Origin: Eledone cirrhosa
Taxonomy: Eukaryota
DNA: 64,000 bases
Direction of reading: 5' to 3'
Assembly (NCBI GenBank): GCA_964016885.1
Contig: OZ024750.1
Location: 1,612,001-1,676,000, forward strand
Shown: piece after piece, positions 28,681 through 42,215 of the stretch
How positions within the stretch are numbered: the first letter of the stretch is position 1
Layout of the letters: each line of letters starts with the position of its first letter
Program-made: the position numbers and the translations under genes
Notes under the pieces: generated by a model
Told to the model about the DNA's origin: nothing
The model's database searches: none
The model's input: only the letters and a program-made list of their open reading frames with translations

Positions 28681-30699
28681 GCAACCATGATGTTCGTATT
28701 GCTCTTTCAAAAAGTATCAATATCAAACAAATAAAAGAAAGAGAGAAGACCATTGACGAAGTTAATTTCACGAACATAACTCGTTTGTTGCAATGGAGAT
28801 AAAGTTAATATATTCCTCTGCAGTATGTTACAAGCAATTTTCTCAAACATATTTCCAGAAACAAAGAAATCTCCCAAGTGGGAAATAATCTAAGAACATG
28901 TGATAGCAATAGACATTTCATTCAGTTCTCGGTTCTTTTGTCAACCTCCAACACCATATAGTATTTTAATATTACTTTTTCATTAGAAATTATATTTTCA
29001 TATACAATGTTGTGTCATGCTTTCGCATAAAGTGCTGTTTCCTGTTTCAACAAAATTCTAATCACTGTGTTTCTGGTTGTGGTGGTGGTATGAGGGATAG
29101 AAGAGTGAAGAGTCTTACAGAATAACAATAGAGAATATAGTTAAAATATTACTGTAACAAGCGAAATAATATTGAAATGATGTCGTTCACACAATCTACC
29201 AATTGACTTAAACTTCTTTATACTCAATTACCGTTTAAACTAGTTTAAAAAAATCATACTGAAAGCATATATCAACCTAGTTTTAATTCAGGTATTGAAA
29301 TTAGTTTAGTTCGTCTTACCATAACAGACATTTGATATGAATGTTATTCACTATGTATGATACAAGAAAAATCGGCTAAAGTTGACAAAGGAGCCTGTCA
29401 GAAATCCAGCAACTCATCTTTCGGATGCCGGGCGACTGGGTTAACCATTCACTAATGAGGCTCAGGACACTGATTGCCTTCATTTATGAGATTTAAGCTT
29501 GTAGCTAGAAAGGTAAACAGCCGGTTGACTTAAGAATCATAGGGAAAATTTGAAATTTGAAATGTCGATCCAACGAGGATGATTGTATTATTAGTCTATC
29601 CTCATAAATATTAGTTGAAAAATCGCGTAAATTAGACCTGGAGACGGAAAAAGACTAGATCGAAGCGTCTATCAGGAATCAAACTACGTATATATATATT
29701 ATCGAGTGATAGATACAATTGTGTCTTTATGGGTGACTGGACGAGTGATAGAGGGGTAGAAATAGAGTGAGAGAATCTGAGCAGGGAGAAGGTGAGATGT
29801 GAAGAGGAGATAATTAAAAACAGAGGAAATTGAAGAAATAAAATGCTGTCTCCTGGGGAAATTCCTGTTACTTCTCTCTGCTCCACTCCGTTATAACTTT
29901 CAACTTTTCTACATCCAATTTTTTGTAACCATTGTTTTTTCCTGGGGAAAACAGGGGTCTCAAATATTTTAGGATATATCTGTATTTCTGCGATGATTCA
30001 TAGTTTAAGGATGATATGACATTTTCTCTTTCATATTATATAGATAGTATTTAGGAGAGAATTACATCAGATATGATTTAGAAAAGACGGATAAAGTATT
30101 TTTTAAACCGAAACCTCACTTCAATAGAATTATAATTTTTTCATACAATATAATTTATATGAGCACATTACTTATATAAATATTATTGAATCTTAAACAA
30201 TAAAGGTTTTGTTTTCAATGTTTCTATATTCGTGTATTGAAATCAGTATTGAACATTGTGGTATATATATATAAATATATATATATATATACACATATGA
30301 TTATATATTTATATTATGTATATACACAGGCATAAATGTAATTATATGTACATGAGTACATAGTTTAGATGTGTTCGTAATTTTCAATCGATGCGAGAAA
30401 ATAGACATTTGTGTTATTTTCTGTATTCTATTTTTATATTTATTGATGGTTATTTACATTTTGTATGGTTTATATACTATTATGATTTGGCAAGATTTAT
30501 CATCTTGTTGGCAAATCATAACATTTTGTTTGAACTAAAATCAATAAGCAAAGTTTTGGTGCAGTTTCTGCATCTAAAGCAAAAAATATGTCCCTTAAAA
30601 GTCCGATCAATTGCACAACGGATAGCCAATATTTGATAGATAAATATATATGAGCACAAACAAACTTTGTGTTTTAATATATTTAGATACTTAGAATGG

Positions 30700-30814
<115 letters not shown>

Positions 30815-31710
30815 GGTATATATATATATATATATGTTTGTGTGTGTGTGTATATATATACAGAATATTTCAGAAAATTAGATCTCATTGCAGATGTAAA
30901 TATTCCAGAAACTATGACTTCTAGGTCAACGAGACTAAGCAGGCTCAATGTTGAGCATGATATGATTTATTCCTCAAAGTTTGTCACCATTATAACCCTA
31001 ATTCCCTATATATAGTTGTAGTTTCTGGGATATTTAGATCTCAAATGATATTTAATGTTGTGGCAATATAATCTTTGGTGATGAAAACTGATGAACATGA
31101 ATATAGTATTTATTTAAACTTTGTCTGCGTATCCAACAGACGAATGCACACACACAAACACATACAGACGGATGCACACACACACACACTGACTGCGCGG
31201 AAATGTCTACCTTCAACTTGGAAACTTCAAGTAAAGAATTAATGGCTTCCGTTCCAACAGTCTTGGCGGCTCTAGAGAATCTATGGCAAGAGAATCTTGC
31301 TCCAAATGAATCTGACATTAAAGAAACCTTATTGTTCGACATTCAGTCCTAATAACAAGTCATTAGTTATAGTTTCATTCGTTAGTGGACATCTGGCTAT
31401 ATGTTCCAGAAACAAAAGTGATTTAAAGAAGAATAAAACCTATACACATCGACTGAGAAGATACACAAATAACTACGTGGAGTCTTCTACAGATCAATAG
31501 AATTTTACGATGGAAAGAATTACTACATACTTCCTATATTCTCAACTTAAATAAATATTTTATAGATGCCAATGATGTAGGAAGGAAATCTGTTGAAGAA
31601 TGACAATGAAAGTATTCTTTAAAACAGCAAACCTTCTTGAAATTAATGATAACATTTTTTTGAATATGGCAGACGATTAACCCGAATTTCTAAAATTTGA
31701 ACTGTATAAA

Positions 31711-31918
31711 GGGTGGCGGATTGGTAGAATTTGGATAAAAGGCTGTGTGAGTATTTATTCTGATTCTTTACACTCTGCACTCAAACCCCGTCGAGTTTAT
31801 CCTTGTGTTTCATCCTTTTGTGGTCAATAAAATAAAACACCTGTTAAATACTGAGGCCGATTTAACCAAATTTGCATCTCACCTATAATTTTGCTGGCCT
31901 AGTGCCTGAATTAGAAAT
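31711..31918 (+). mobile_element. SINE family A, diverged copy
   Basis: Collinear but mutated match to the 1930 copy (tggcggattggtagaa...tttcatccttttgtggtcaataaaataaa...gctggcctagtgcctgaattagaaa). Confidence 0.75.
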
Positions 31919-32708
31919 CGATAGTTGATCGGTATATAATCCAACCGTATTCTAGAATCAAATTTATCAAAATGTAATATAATTTAACTACATTGCGCAT
32001 ATGACAATTATAATGAACTCACACCCACAAAAATTATATATTTATTAGGATGTGCACTTAAAACTACGCCCACAGCATTCTATACTAATTACGCTGTATA
32101 CATAAATGTTATGTAAAGTGTAGCATTTAATTTTTTACCCATTACAATGATTTGCTATTTATCTTCCACATTTACGTCATTCACACGATCCAATAATCCT
32201 GAAACATCGATCCAAACATACAAAACTAAAATAATTTGTATTTATTAAATGCAGTGTTCCATTTTCTCGTTGAAAAAAGTATTAAATATATTTATAGTTA
32301 GGGGATAAATCTAGAAAGAAAAAATGTATCCGTTAAATTTGCAAGATTCTGATTTTCCAATTATAAGATGTAACAATGGATGAATAAGATAAAAACTATC
32401 TTTCTGTATAATTCCATCTGGCATCTCTCTAACTTCGTTGTAATTCGTAGAAAAAAGACGTATAAGTACAGACATTCAAATACATAGATATACTGGCCCA
32501 CAGACACACACACATAGACAGACAGACAGACACACACATATATACATATGTCTGTGTTGGCATGTGAACAGAACTGCAGTTCTGTTCGCATGCCAACACA
32601 AGAACAAGAATGAAGTGTTCATTCTACCGACATGGCTATAACATTGAGGCTTGTTTGCATAATTGCAAACGAATCGAATGTTATTATTAATATTCGAAAA
32701 ACTCAGAT

Positions 32709-33253
<545 letters not shown>

Positions 33254-33348
33254 CAACGTTTTTTGAAAGATTGACTTTGTTAGTTTCAGAAGATCCCGTT
33301 AAGGGTGAAAGCAGCGATTCTTTGCTTAAACTTTAATCTGTTATTTTA

Positions 33349-33393
<45 letters not shown>

Positions 33394-33397
33394 TATG

Positions 33398-33431
<34 letters not shown>

Positions 33432-33644
33432 GTATATATATATATATGTAAACGGAATAGAAAATGCTGACAAATTATTCACAGTTGAAAAATGGTTTAA
33501 TTAGGAATAAAAGAGTATTAGTGATTGTATGGGTTAGTATTCAGTTGTGGTTTTAAGTTTTTAAGTTTTTACCGGTTGCGCATTTCTAAATGCTTTTCAA
33601 AAATAATTTTGAGATAGAGTGTCCGTGCTGTTTGCTCTGATCTG

Positions 33645-33736
33645 TATATATATACATATATATATATACATATATATCTGATATATATACATATATATAC
33701 ATATATATATATACATATATATATACATATATATAC

Positions 33737-33769
<33 letters not shown>

Positions 33770-33803
33770 CATATATATACATATATATATACATATATAT
33801 ACA

Positions 33804-33839
<36 letters not shown>

Positions 33840-33840
33840 C

Positions 33841-33909
<69 letters not shown>

Positions 33910-33984
33910 TATACATATATATACATATATATGCATATATATATATATATATACATATATATACATATATATACATATATATAC
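33645..33984 (+). repeat. (TATATACA)-type compound tract
   Basis: Directly visible. Confidence 0.96.
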
Positions 33985-34417
33985 AGTTGCTTTCACTTCA
34001 ATTTATTATATATTTATAAATTTATAAATTTACAAATTTACAAACTTATAAATTTCTGGTTGGTTGGTTGGTTCCACAACCAGATAGTTGTTTATATATA
34101 GTCATAGTCCTTTCGTCACACACTCTGTGACCTCTTCAGTGACTGGGGATTCCTTTCTTTGTTTCTGTGCCTTTCCTTTCTTCTATCCTACGCCATTTTG
34201 TTTCTGTGTGTGTCTTGTGTGCTCAGTTTGCGCATGCGCCACATCCGGGTGTCTGTGTGTGTTTGTGTTCATTTATCTATTTGTTTATTTATTTATTTAT
34301 TTATTGTTAGTTGGTTGTTTGTTCTATGTGTGTGTTTATAAATATATAATAAATTGAAGTGAAAGCAACTGGTGCGTGTGTTTCTTATTGGCAACATGAC
34401 CCTCCCAAAGTATAACA

Positions 34418-34464
<47 letters not shown>

Positions 34465-34723
34465 CATATATATATACATATATATATACATATATATATA
34501 TATATACATATATATATACATATATATATATATATTTCGTTTCTGAATTTATTTAGCAAGATTCTTTATCTGAAAACGTGTGTTGAAACCGATATTGTTA
34601 TACTTTGGGAGGGTCATGTTGCCAATAAGAAACACAGGCACCAGTTGCTTTCACTTCAATTTATTATAATAAATTTATAAATTTAGGAATTTATAAATTT
34701 CCGGTTGGTTGGTTGGTTCCACA
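33985..34723. mobile_element. Penelope-like pseudo-LTR composite (direct plus inverted copies, with hammerhead)
   Basis: 33985-34078 is directly repeated at 34642-34723, and 34335-34420 is the reverse complement of 34592-34670. The hammerhead is at 34100-34144 and both sides are flanked by (TA)-rich tracts. Confidence 0.65.
34100..34144 (-). ncRNA. Minimal type I hammerhead ribozyme
   Basis: AGUCA-CUGAAGA-G-GUCACA(GAGUG)UGUGAC-GAAA-GGACUA-UGACU. It has a perfect 5-bp stem I, a 6-bp stem II, a canonical core, a very short stem III and a CUA triplet. Confidence 0.78.
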
Positions 34724-34740
34724 AATATATATATACATAC

Positions 34741-34779
<39 letters not shown>

Positions 34780-34784
34780 CATAC

Positions 34785-34887
<103 letters not shown>

Positions 34888-35842
34888 AATAAAGATTCAG
34901 CGAGAATCGCATTTTCGGCGGGCAGGAAAAAGCGAAGCGAAACGCAAAAGTCAGAAATGATACCGGCAAAGTGCTCAATAGTTAAAAACCAGAGCTAAAT
35001 AATGTGTTAAGAAGCCATACAAAACTGAAAAGGTGGTCAAGAAGGCATTAACCACCCAACCCCAAAACCAAATGAAGCTAAACAGGTCAAAACAAAACAA
35101 ATGATAAAAATATAAAGTTCCTTCTCTTAATTTTCATACTATCGTTATTCATTCTACAATCAGCAACATATATATATTGTCAATAGACTGGCAAACCTGA
35201 AGGCCCGCTGGGCTACACAGGAATTATTTTATTGGTTTAGTATGGCGTTCTGCATTTAAGACCTATGCCGCAACCTGCTGACCTTGAATTGCAGTATCTT
35301 AATACTTTACACCAATGCTTGCTTACTGGACAGCACTAACATAAACAAAATGGCTGAATACATGCTAACGAGGTCTAAAGTGTTTGTAGAGATGGTGGAG
35401 AATTGTTTTCGTAAACAATGTCTTCGTTAGTAAAAATATAATTGCCGGACAGTAAAAGAAGGAAGGGAAGATAGGTAAGAGAAAAAAAGAAGAGAGAACG
35501 AGACAGAGTGATTGAGTGAAAGGGCGACTGAAGTGGTAAGAGATGTAATAGATGGAGAAAGAGGTAGTAAAGTGTAGAGATAAGAGGTTTAGATAGACTT
35601 TAAATATGGAGGTAAAATAGACTGAAGTGGAATAGGTTAGTATGGTAAACAAATAAAGAAATAGAGGAGGGGTGGGGTGAGGGTGAGGGAGAAGAAGAAG
35701 TGTAGAGAGGGAGAGAAGGTAAGAGATAGGTGAGGAAGGGGGAAATGGGTAGATGTTTAAACAATGAAAAGTGAAAGGAAGGAATTAAATGTCTAATGGA
35801 AAAGTGTAATGAAGGCGAAAGAGAGAGGTAGAGACTGATAGA

Positions 35843-35844
35843 CT

Positions 35845-35927
<83 letters not shown>
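35843..35927 (+). repeat. (GATA)n microsatellite
   Basis: Directly visible. Confidence 0.97.
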
Positions 35928-35929
<2 letters not shown>

Positions 35930-36446
35930 CTTTCTTTTTATTTACCACCAGGGCATCAAAAGTGGGACAAGTACAAAGTGGGGAGTTTACATGCAAAGGC
36001 GTCCTCAATATGGAGGAGGCAATAACAAGATATAAAAGTATAAACATAAAGATAGATAGACTGATAGATAGATAGACTGATAGATAGGTAAATAGATAGA
36101 CTTATAAATAGATAGATTGACTAATTAGACAGAGTACGACTGTAGGGGGAGGTTCACACACACACACACTCACACACTCACTCACATACACTCACACACT
36201 CACATACAGAGCCAGAACGGTAAAATGATGTGAATGAACACTGAATATATGTAAGCAGAGTTTAAGTTGTTCCGAAGAAAGAAAAAACACTCATTCACTC
36301 TCACTCCATCACTACCAAACTCTGCCCCTCTCCAGATCAATTATTTCTTTCAATTATATATATATATATATAATATATATATATATTTATATATACTTTT
36401 TTACTGTTTTACCTGTTCCAGCCATCCGGCTGAGGTGGGACACCGC

Positions 36447-36497
<51 letters not shown>

Positions 36498-36687
36498 TCT
36501 AGGTTTGTTGGTTCACTACTGGATAGAACTGGTCATTCCGTATAGTCAACCTTGATGTAATATTAGGGACAGCACTCGACGTAATGCAACTCATCCGTCT
36601 TCGTGTGTGTTGTTGGTGGTACGAATACGGAGTTAATTATTATAAAATAAGAGGAGGCTGGACTGGTGTAATTCCTTAAAGATTTAT

Positions 36688-36748
36688 TATACTATGAACA
36701 TTTCAATGACCGGGTTCAGTATGAATCCGGTGACATCATCAGGTATTG
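36688..36748 (-). ncRNA. Partly decayed hammerhead ribozyme motif
   Basis: CUGAUGA, then a long stem II (ACCGG/CCGGU, UUCA/UGAA), then GAAAUGUUC, probably from GAAACGUUC by CpG decay. Stem I is imperfect. Confidence 0.55.
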
Positions 36749-37249
36749 TGGTAAAGGGTAGTAGAGTGGGTCATACTTTTTCCTATATATATATATATAT
36801 CTGTAGGAATAGTGTGTTGGTCAATAAGAAATAAAATAGTTAATATTATTGTTTACACTCTGTTACAATGACAGGCTTCATGCCAGAATATTTAGTGAGA
36901 TAGTCTGACTGCTCTTCTCACCATACGACATTGATAAACGCGTAGTTGCTATTTCCACAGACTGTTCTTATTGACTTCATACTAGACGGGCACACAAACA
37001 CTACCGCTCAATTATATATTATATATATATACCGGACATCATGCATATATATATAATATAATATTATATTATGTATATATGTATTTCATATTTATTTATA
37101 TATATATGTATATATTATTTGTTTGTTAAAATAATCAAATTAAATTAATTCAACAGTTAAACACACATAGGAATAATAAGGTTGTTACCAAAGAGCCAGA
37201 AGATTGACAAGTCAACTCTAAATATGACTAATAGCTCTAGGAAAGCCAC

Positions 37250-37576
37250 TTTGATTTTGAAAGTAGGTTTATAATTATTAATTTTCATTATACTTTTGTA
37301 GCATCTCGGTGGCATAGTTGGACGAATCGTAGACACTGATTATCCTGGTCTGAAGTTTGATCCTGGTCGGGAGTTCCCAGTGAACATTTTCAGTTTTTTT
37401 CTATGGGATGTAAAATTAAAACTGAAAATGATTACATGTACCTCTTCACCAGGATTGAACCCAAGGCCAGGATCCCCACCGTCTCTATTACCTGCCTTTA
37501 GGCCACTGCGACTACAACGAAAATATTATGAAAATTTATACTTATAAACCTATTTCAAAATTTTCAAAACAAAATC
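37250..37576. mobile_element. Fold-back element with two convergent tRNA-like heads
   Basis: Diverged inverted arms (taggtttata...ttttcat / atgaaaat...tataaaccta; cattttcagtttt / aaaactgaaaatg). Each arm carries A-box- and B-box-like motifs. Confidence 0.7.
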
Positions 37577-37800
37577 ATATGGTGTCGTTCATGTCTTTCT
37601 TATTGTTATTGCTCCTACTTATGGTCGACTTCTAAATCATTTGGGTGTTCCATAAACTATATCCTCGTTTTGTTTCTCATCTATCTAGACTATATTTTAA
37701 CCTGTAATCCATGTTTCATTACTGTTGCACCTCATCTCTCGCCCACTCTCTTTCGTTATATGTTTTTACATGTCAGATTCAAACTTACAATGATTGGCAT

Positions 37801-38530
<730 letters not shown>

Positions 38531-38677
38531 GTTCTATGTCTCGTAATTTAGTTATCATCGTGCAAAACCCTAGATCTATTTCTTGACACTATATATATAT
38601 TACCCATTCTACTACCCTAAGTATTGAGTACTCAGGTGCGTTATGGTCCATCTGGTTCCTTACCACAATTCCTTCGT

Positions 38678-38718
<41 letters not shown>

Positions 38719-38773
38719 GCATGTATATATGTATGTATATGTATGTATATATGTATGTATATGTATACATACA

Positions 38774-38807
<34 letters not shown>

Positions 38808-41051
38808 CATACATACATACATACATATATTACAGGTGAGTGTATTTTTTTACACTCTGTGTTTGTGTGGGAGAAAGGGATGTTGAAATAATTTAATCCA
38901 AACGTATTGTAAATGCTTTGCTAGCTGACTGGGAAACGCGCTGGTGCAGAATTCGAAGAACGCTACTCAACAGATTTTTTTTCCGCAGTCTGATTTTATT
39001 TTAATAATATGAATATAAATGTTAGAAGAGGGTGGGCATTTGTGAGTGTGTGTGAGACAGAGAGAGGGAGAGAGAGAGAGAGTGGCAGAGAGAGTTATAG
39101 GGGGAGGGGGAAGAAAGAGAGAGAGAGTGTGGCAGAGGGGGAGAGAAAGAGTGAGAGAGTGTGTGTGTAAAAGAGAGAGGTAGAGAGGGGGAGAGAGAGT
39201 GTGTGTGTGTATGTGTCTTTGTGTGTATGAGAGAGAGAGGGGGGTGGGGGGTGGGGGCAGAGATGGAGTGTGTGTACATGTGCATGTGAGTATGTGTGTG
39301 TCGTATATCCGTGACAGAAAATGTGTGCGTGTTTTGAATGTAAATAAAGTATATCAGATCAAACACAATGGTGTTTGTTTGATTCGAACAATCGATTTTG
39401 CAACAAGCACATATTATTTTCTTCATTTCACATGATATAAATGTATATGTGTGTTTGTTTCTGGTCTTTGTCGATTAAGAACCCCCGTATCAATATTGGT
39501 TTATTGGGCATGAGACCAGAAACAAAATCGCATACATTGCAATAATGTTACCAAACATTGTTATATGAATTTCGTTATATTTCCTCGCTTTCGTTTTTCA
39601 TATAATCATTCGCACTCTAATTATTATCTATATCCATCTATTATTATCTATATCCATCTATGATTATCTATATCCATCGAGCTAATAATTACACGAATAT
39701 TCCGCTATATCTCCACTGTCATAGATACGATATACATTATATTTCTCTCAGTAAGGAAATACGAGAAGTGCTTTAGAATTCCTGGTGTATCTAGATCGGA
39801 AACTGTCCGTCTGTCGTTCACCTATTAAGTATAAATTTATATATATATATATATATATATATATGTAGAGGTTATATTTAATTTGTTGGGATTCAACAAG
39901 CTTAAACATTTTTTATAACTAATATAAAGCACTCAACAAGTTAGTGGAGTAAATACACAATATATTAATAAATGGAAACTATATTTATATATATAAATAT
40001 GGTTTTATAAATATAGTTTCCATTTATTAATATATTGTATATATATATATTCTGTATCTGTGTGTATGTGTGCGTGTATGTGTGTATGCAAATATGCTTG
40101 ATTAAACAAGCTCATGGTTAAATTGTGTGTCGCTATGGAGTGAATCATCAATGAATTCCTATTAAGTACAAACTCGTATCTTATGTACTGAGCACACTCT
40201 GCTTCATTTGTAAGAAAACACCATGTATGAGACGCCATGTGTATACGACAAGGGAAGATGTAAACACGTTGCTTGAAGCAGTGTGCCGTATGGTACGATT
40301 AGGCTTTGAGGCGGTGGAAGTGAAATCATTTTGAAAAGAAGATAGCAGATATGTTATAGTTGGAGTCGGGAGGAGAGGAGTCCGTAGAAATTAAAAAGTT
40401 TCCATAAGCCAATATACAGTAGATTGAGATGTCCATGGATTTATCAAAGTATGTGGAAAGTCAGGGCAAGAGATGGCATAGGTGATGTGTGTGTGTGTGT
40501 GTATTGGTTGATGTTAACAACGTACTCAATATCTTATCTTTATATGACAAAAAGTGCTTTGAGGAGATTTAACTTTTGTTTCTAGCAAATTGAATGATCC
40601 CATAGAAGGTTGCTTTAAAAGGTTGACATCGAAATGAAATTAATACAATATTGATTAAGGTTTTTACGGACCATTATTAAATATATTTCTTCGCACTTAA
40701 CGAAAGCATGTTTTTTTTTATTAACCCACCCCTCAAAAAAGCAAATGTGCAAAAATCCTATTTGAAGATGATATAGGATTCATTGATTTTCACAGATATA
40801 TGGATATCTGTGAAGACTGAACCGAATAAACAAGCGTTTCGGATGGAAAATTGCAATCTTCCTGTTCGTATAAATATTCCCACATATTGGAGTCTTTCCA
40901 ACCAATTGCTATTGGAGAATGTTTTTTTTCAATAGGTAGCTACAGTTTCTATTGGTATCTTAGGTGAAAGAAATGAAAACGTTGATAAAACCTTGAACAT
41001 AAATACGATATATATATATGCGCAAAAGCATACATATATATAAATCATCAA

Positions 41052-41098
<47 letters not shown>

Positions 41099-41536
41099 CA
41101 AAACCATATATAGGGAGCGAGTGCGAGAGAGGGGGAAAAAAAGAACGAGAGAGAGATAAAAAAGACAGCATTGAAAGAACCGGAATTTCTAGCAACATCA
41201 AAGCCTATCTATTGTTATAGAGGGTATGTACTCGTAAAAATCGTTACTTCCATTCAACAATGTGAAAAGGTGTAGGCTTAAGTCCATGAATAAGTAGTTC
41301 GCCTTGGAATCACATGGTTCCGAGTTCGATTCAAATGCGTGGTACTTGGGAGAAATGCCTTCTACAACTATGTCGAGTTGACCTATGTCTTATAGGTGGA
41401 AATATGGACATATATATATATATATTTGGTGTGGGATGCTTAAAACGTCCGTATGCGGTAGGCCGTTTGAATCAGGTTCGATCACCGCATCGATAGTGCT
41501 TCGAGCTGGTCGCCAGAGAAACGATTTTAATATGTG

Positions 41537-41637
41537 TAATAAATTCTAATTCGTCGCACCACTGATTCTCCGTTTCTTATGTGATATATATCACATAAGA
41601 AACGGAAATCAGTGGTGCGACGAATTAGAATTTATTA
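41537..41637. repeat. Near-perfect 101-bp palindrome centred on TATATA
   Basis: taataaattctaattcgtcgcaccactgatt(c)tccgtttcttatgtgatat|atatcacataagaaacggaaatcagtggtgcgacgaattagaatttatta, with one bulge. Confidence 0.95.
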
Positions 41638-42110
41638 GATATATTATCGAACATGACTCTGAAATCGCAAGATCCTCAGATACGTTTTTTGATTTAACAT
41701 CGGTTTTACGAAGACTATTGTCCTAAACTAAGCAGAAAGAATTAATAAGGAAATATGAAAACTCCTTGACAGAAATGCTCAAACATTCACACAGTGGTAT
41801 AATAACATGCTTGAAAGTTAAGCTGGTTCATGTATATATGTGATAAGGCATTACATCTATCCTAGATAGATGAAAGACACAATTCGAATTAAGTGCTATG
41901 AGGGATGAAACTATATCATAATTCAACAAATTCAATCATCCAAAACCTTGATCACAGACTTCTCATTGTTCTTAAATCTAGAGAAAAAAATTATAAACTA
42001 TAATCAATGTAAAAAATGTTAGATTATTAAGGTTTTTCATGGATGTCGGACCCTTTGTTGTAGCTTATTTCAATCCTACCTTGGTAAGAGCTTCGCAATA
42101 TAGCTACATA

Positions 42111-42215
42111 CAGGGTGTCAAAAAATATGTATATACACACTTTGAAGACCCTTTACAGGCAATATTTATTAAAATGCTGCTGAAATGTGTATACATCTTT
42201 GGGGTGGACACCCTG
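42111..42215. mobile_element. Tc1/mariner-type MITE (~105 bp)
   Basis: TA-cagggtgtc...atgtata(ta)cac / gtgtatacat...gacaccctg-TA. Related copies at about 48327-48400 and 54449-54550. Confidence 0.85.

Noticed and set aside
32610-32640. gccATGTCG|GTAGAA as an innexin first exon
   Set aside because: The donor is weak and phase 0, incompatible with the phase-2 acceptor at 18887.
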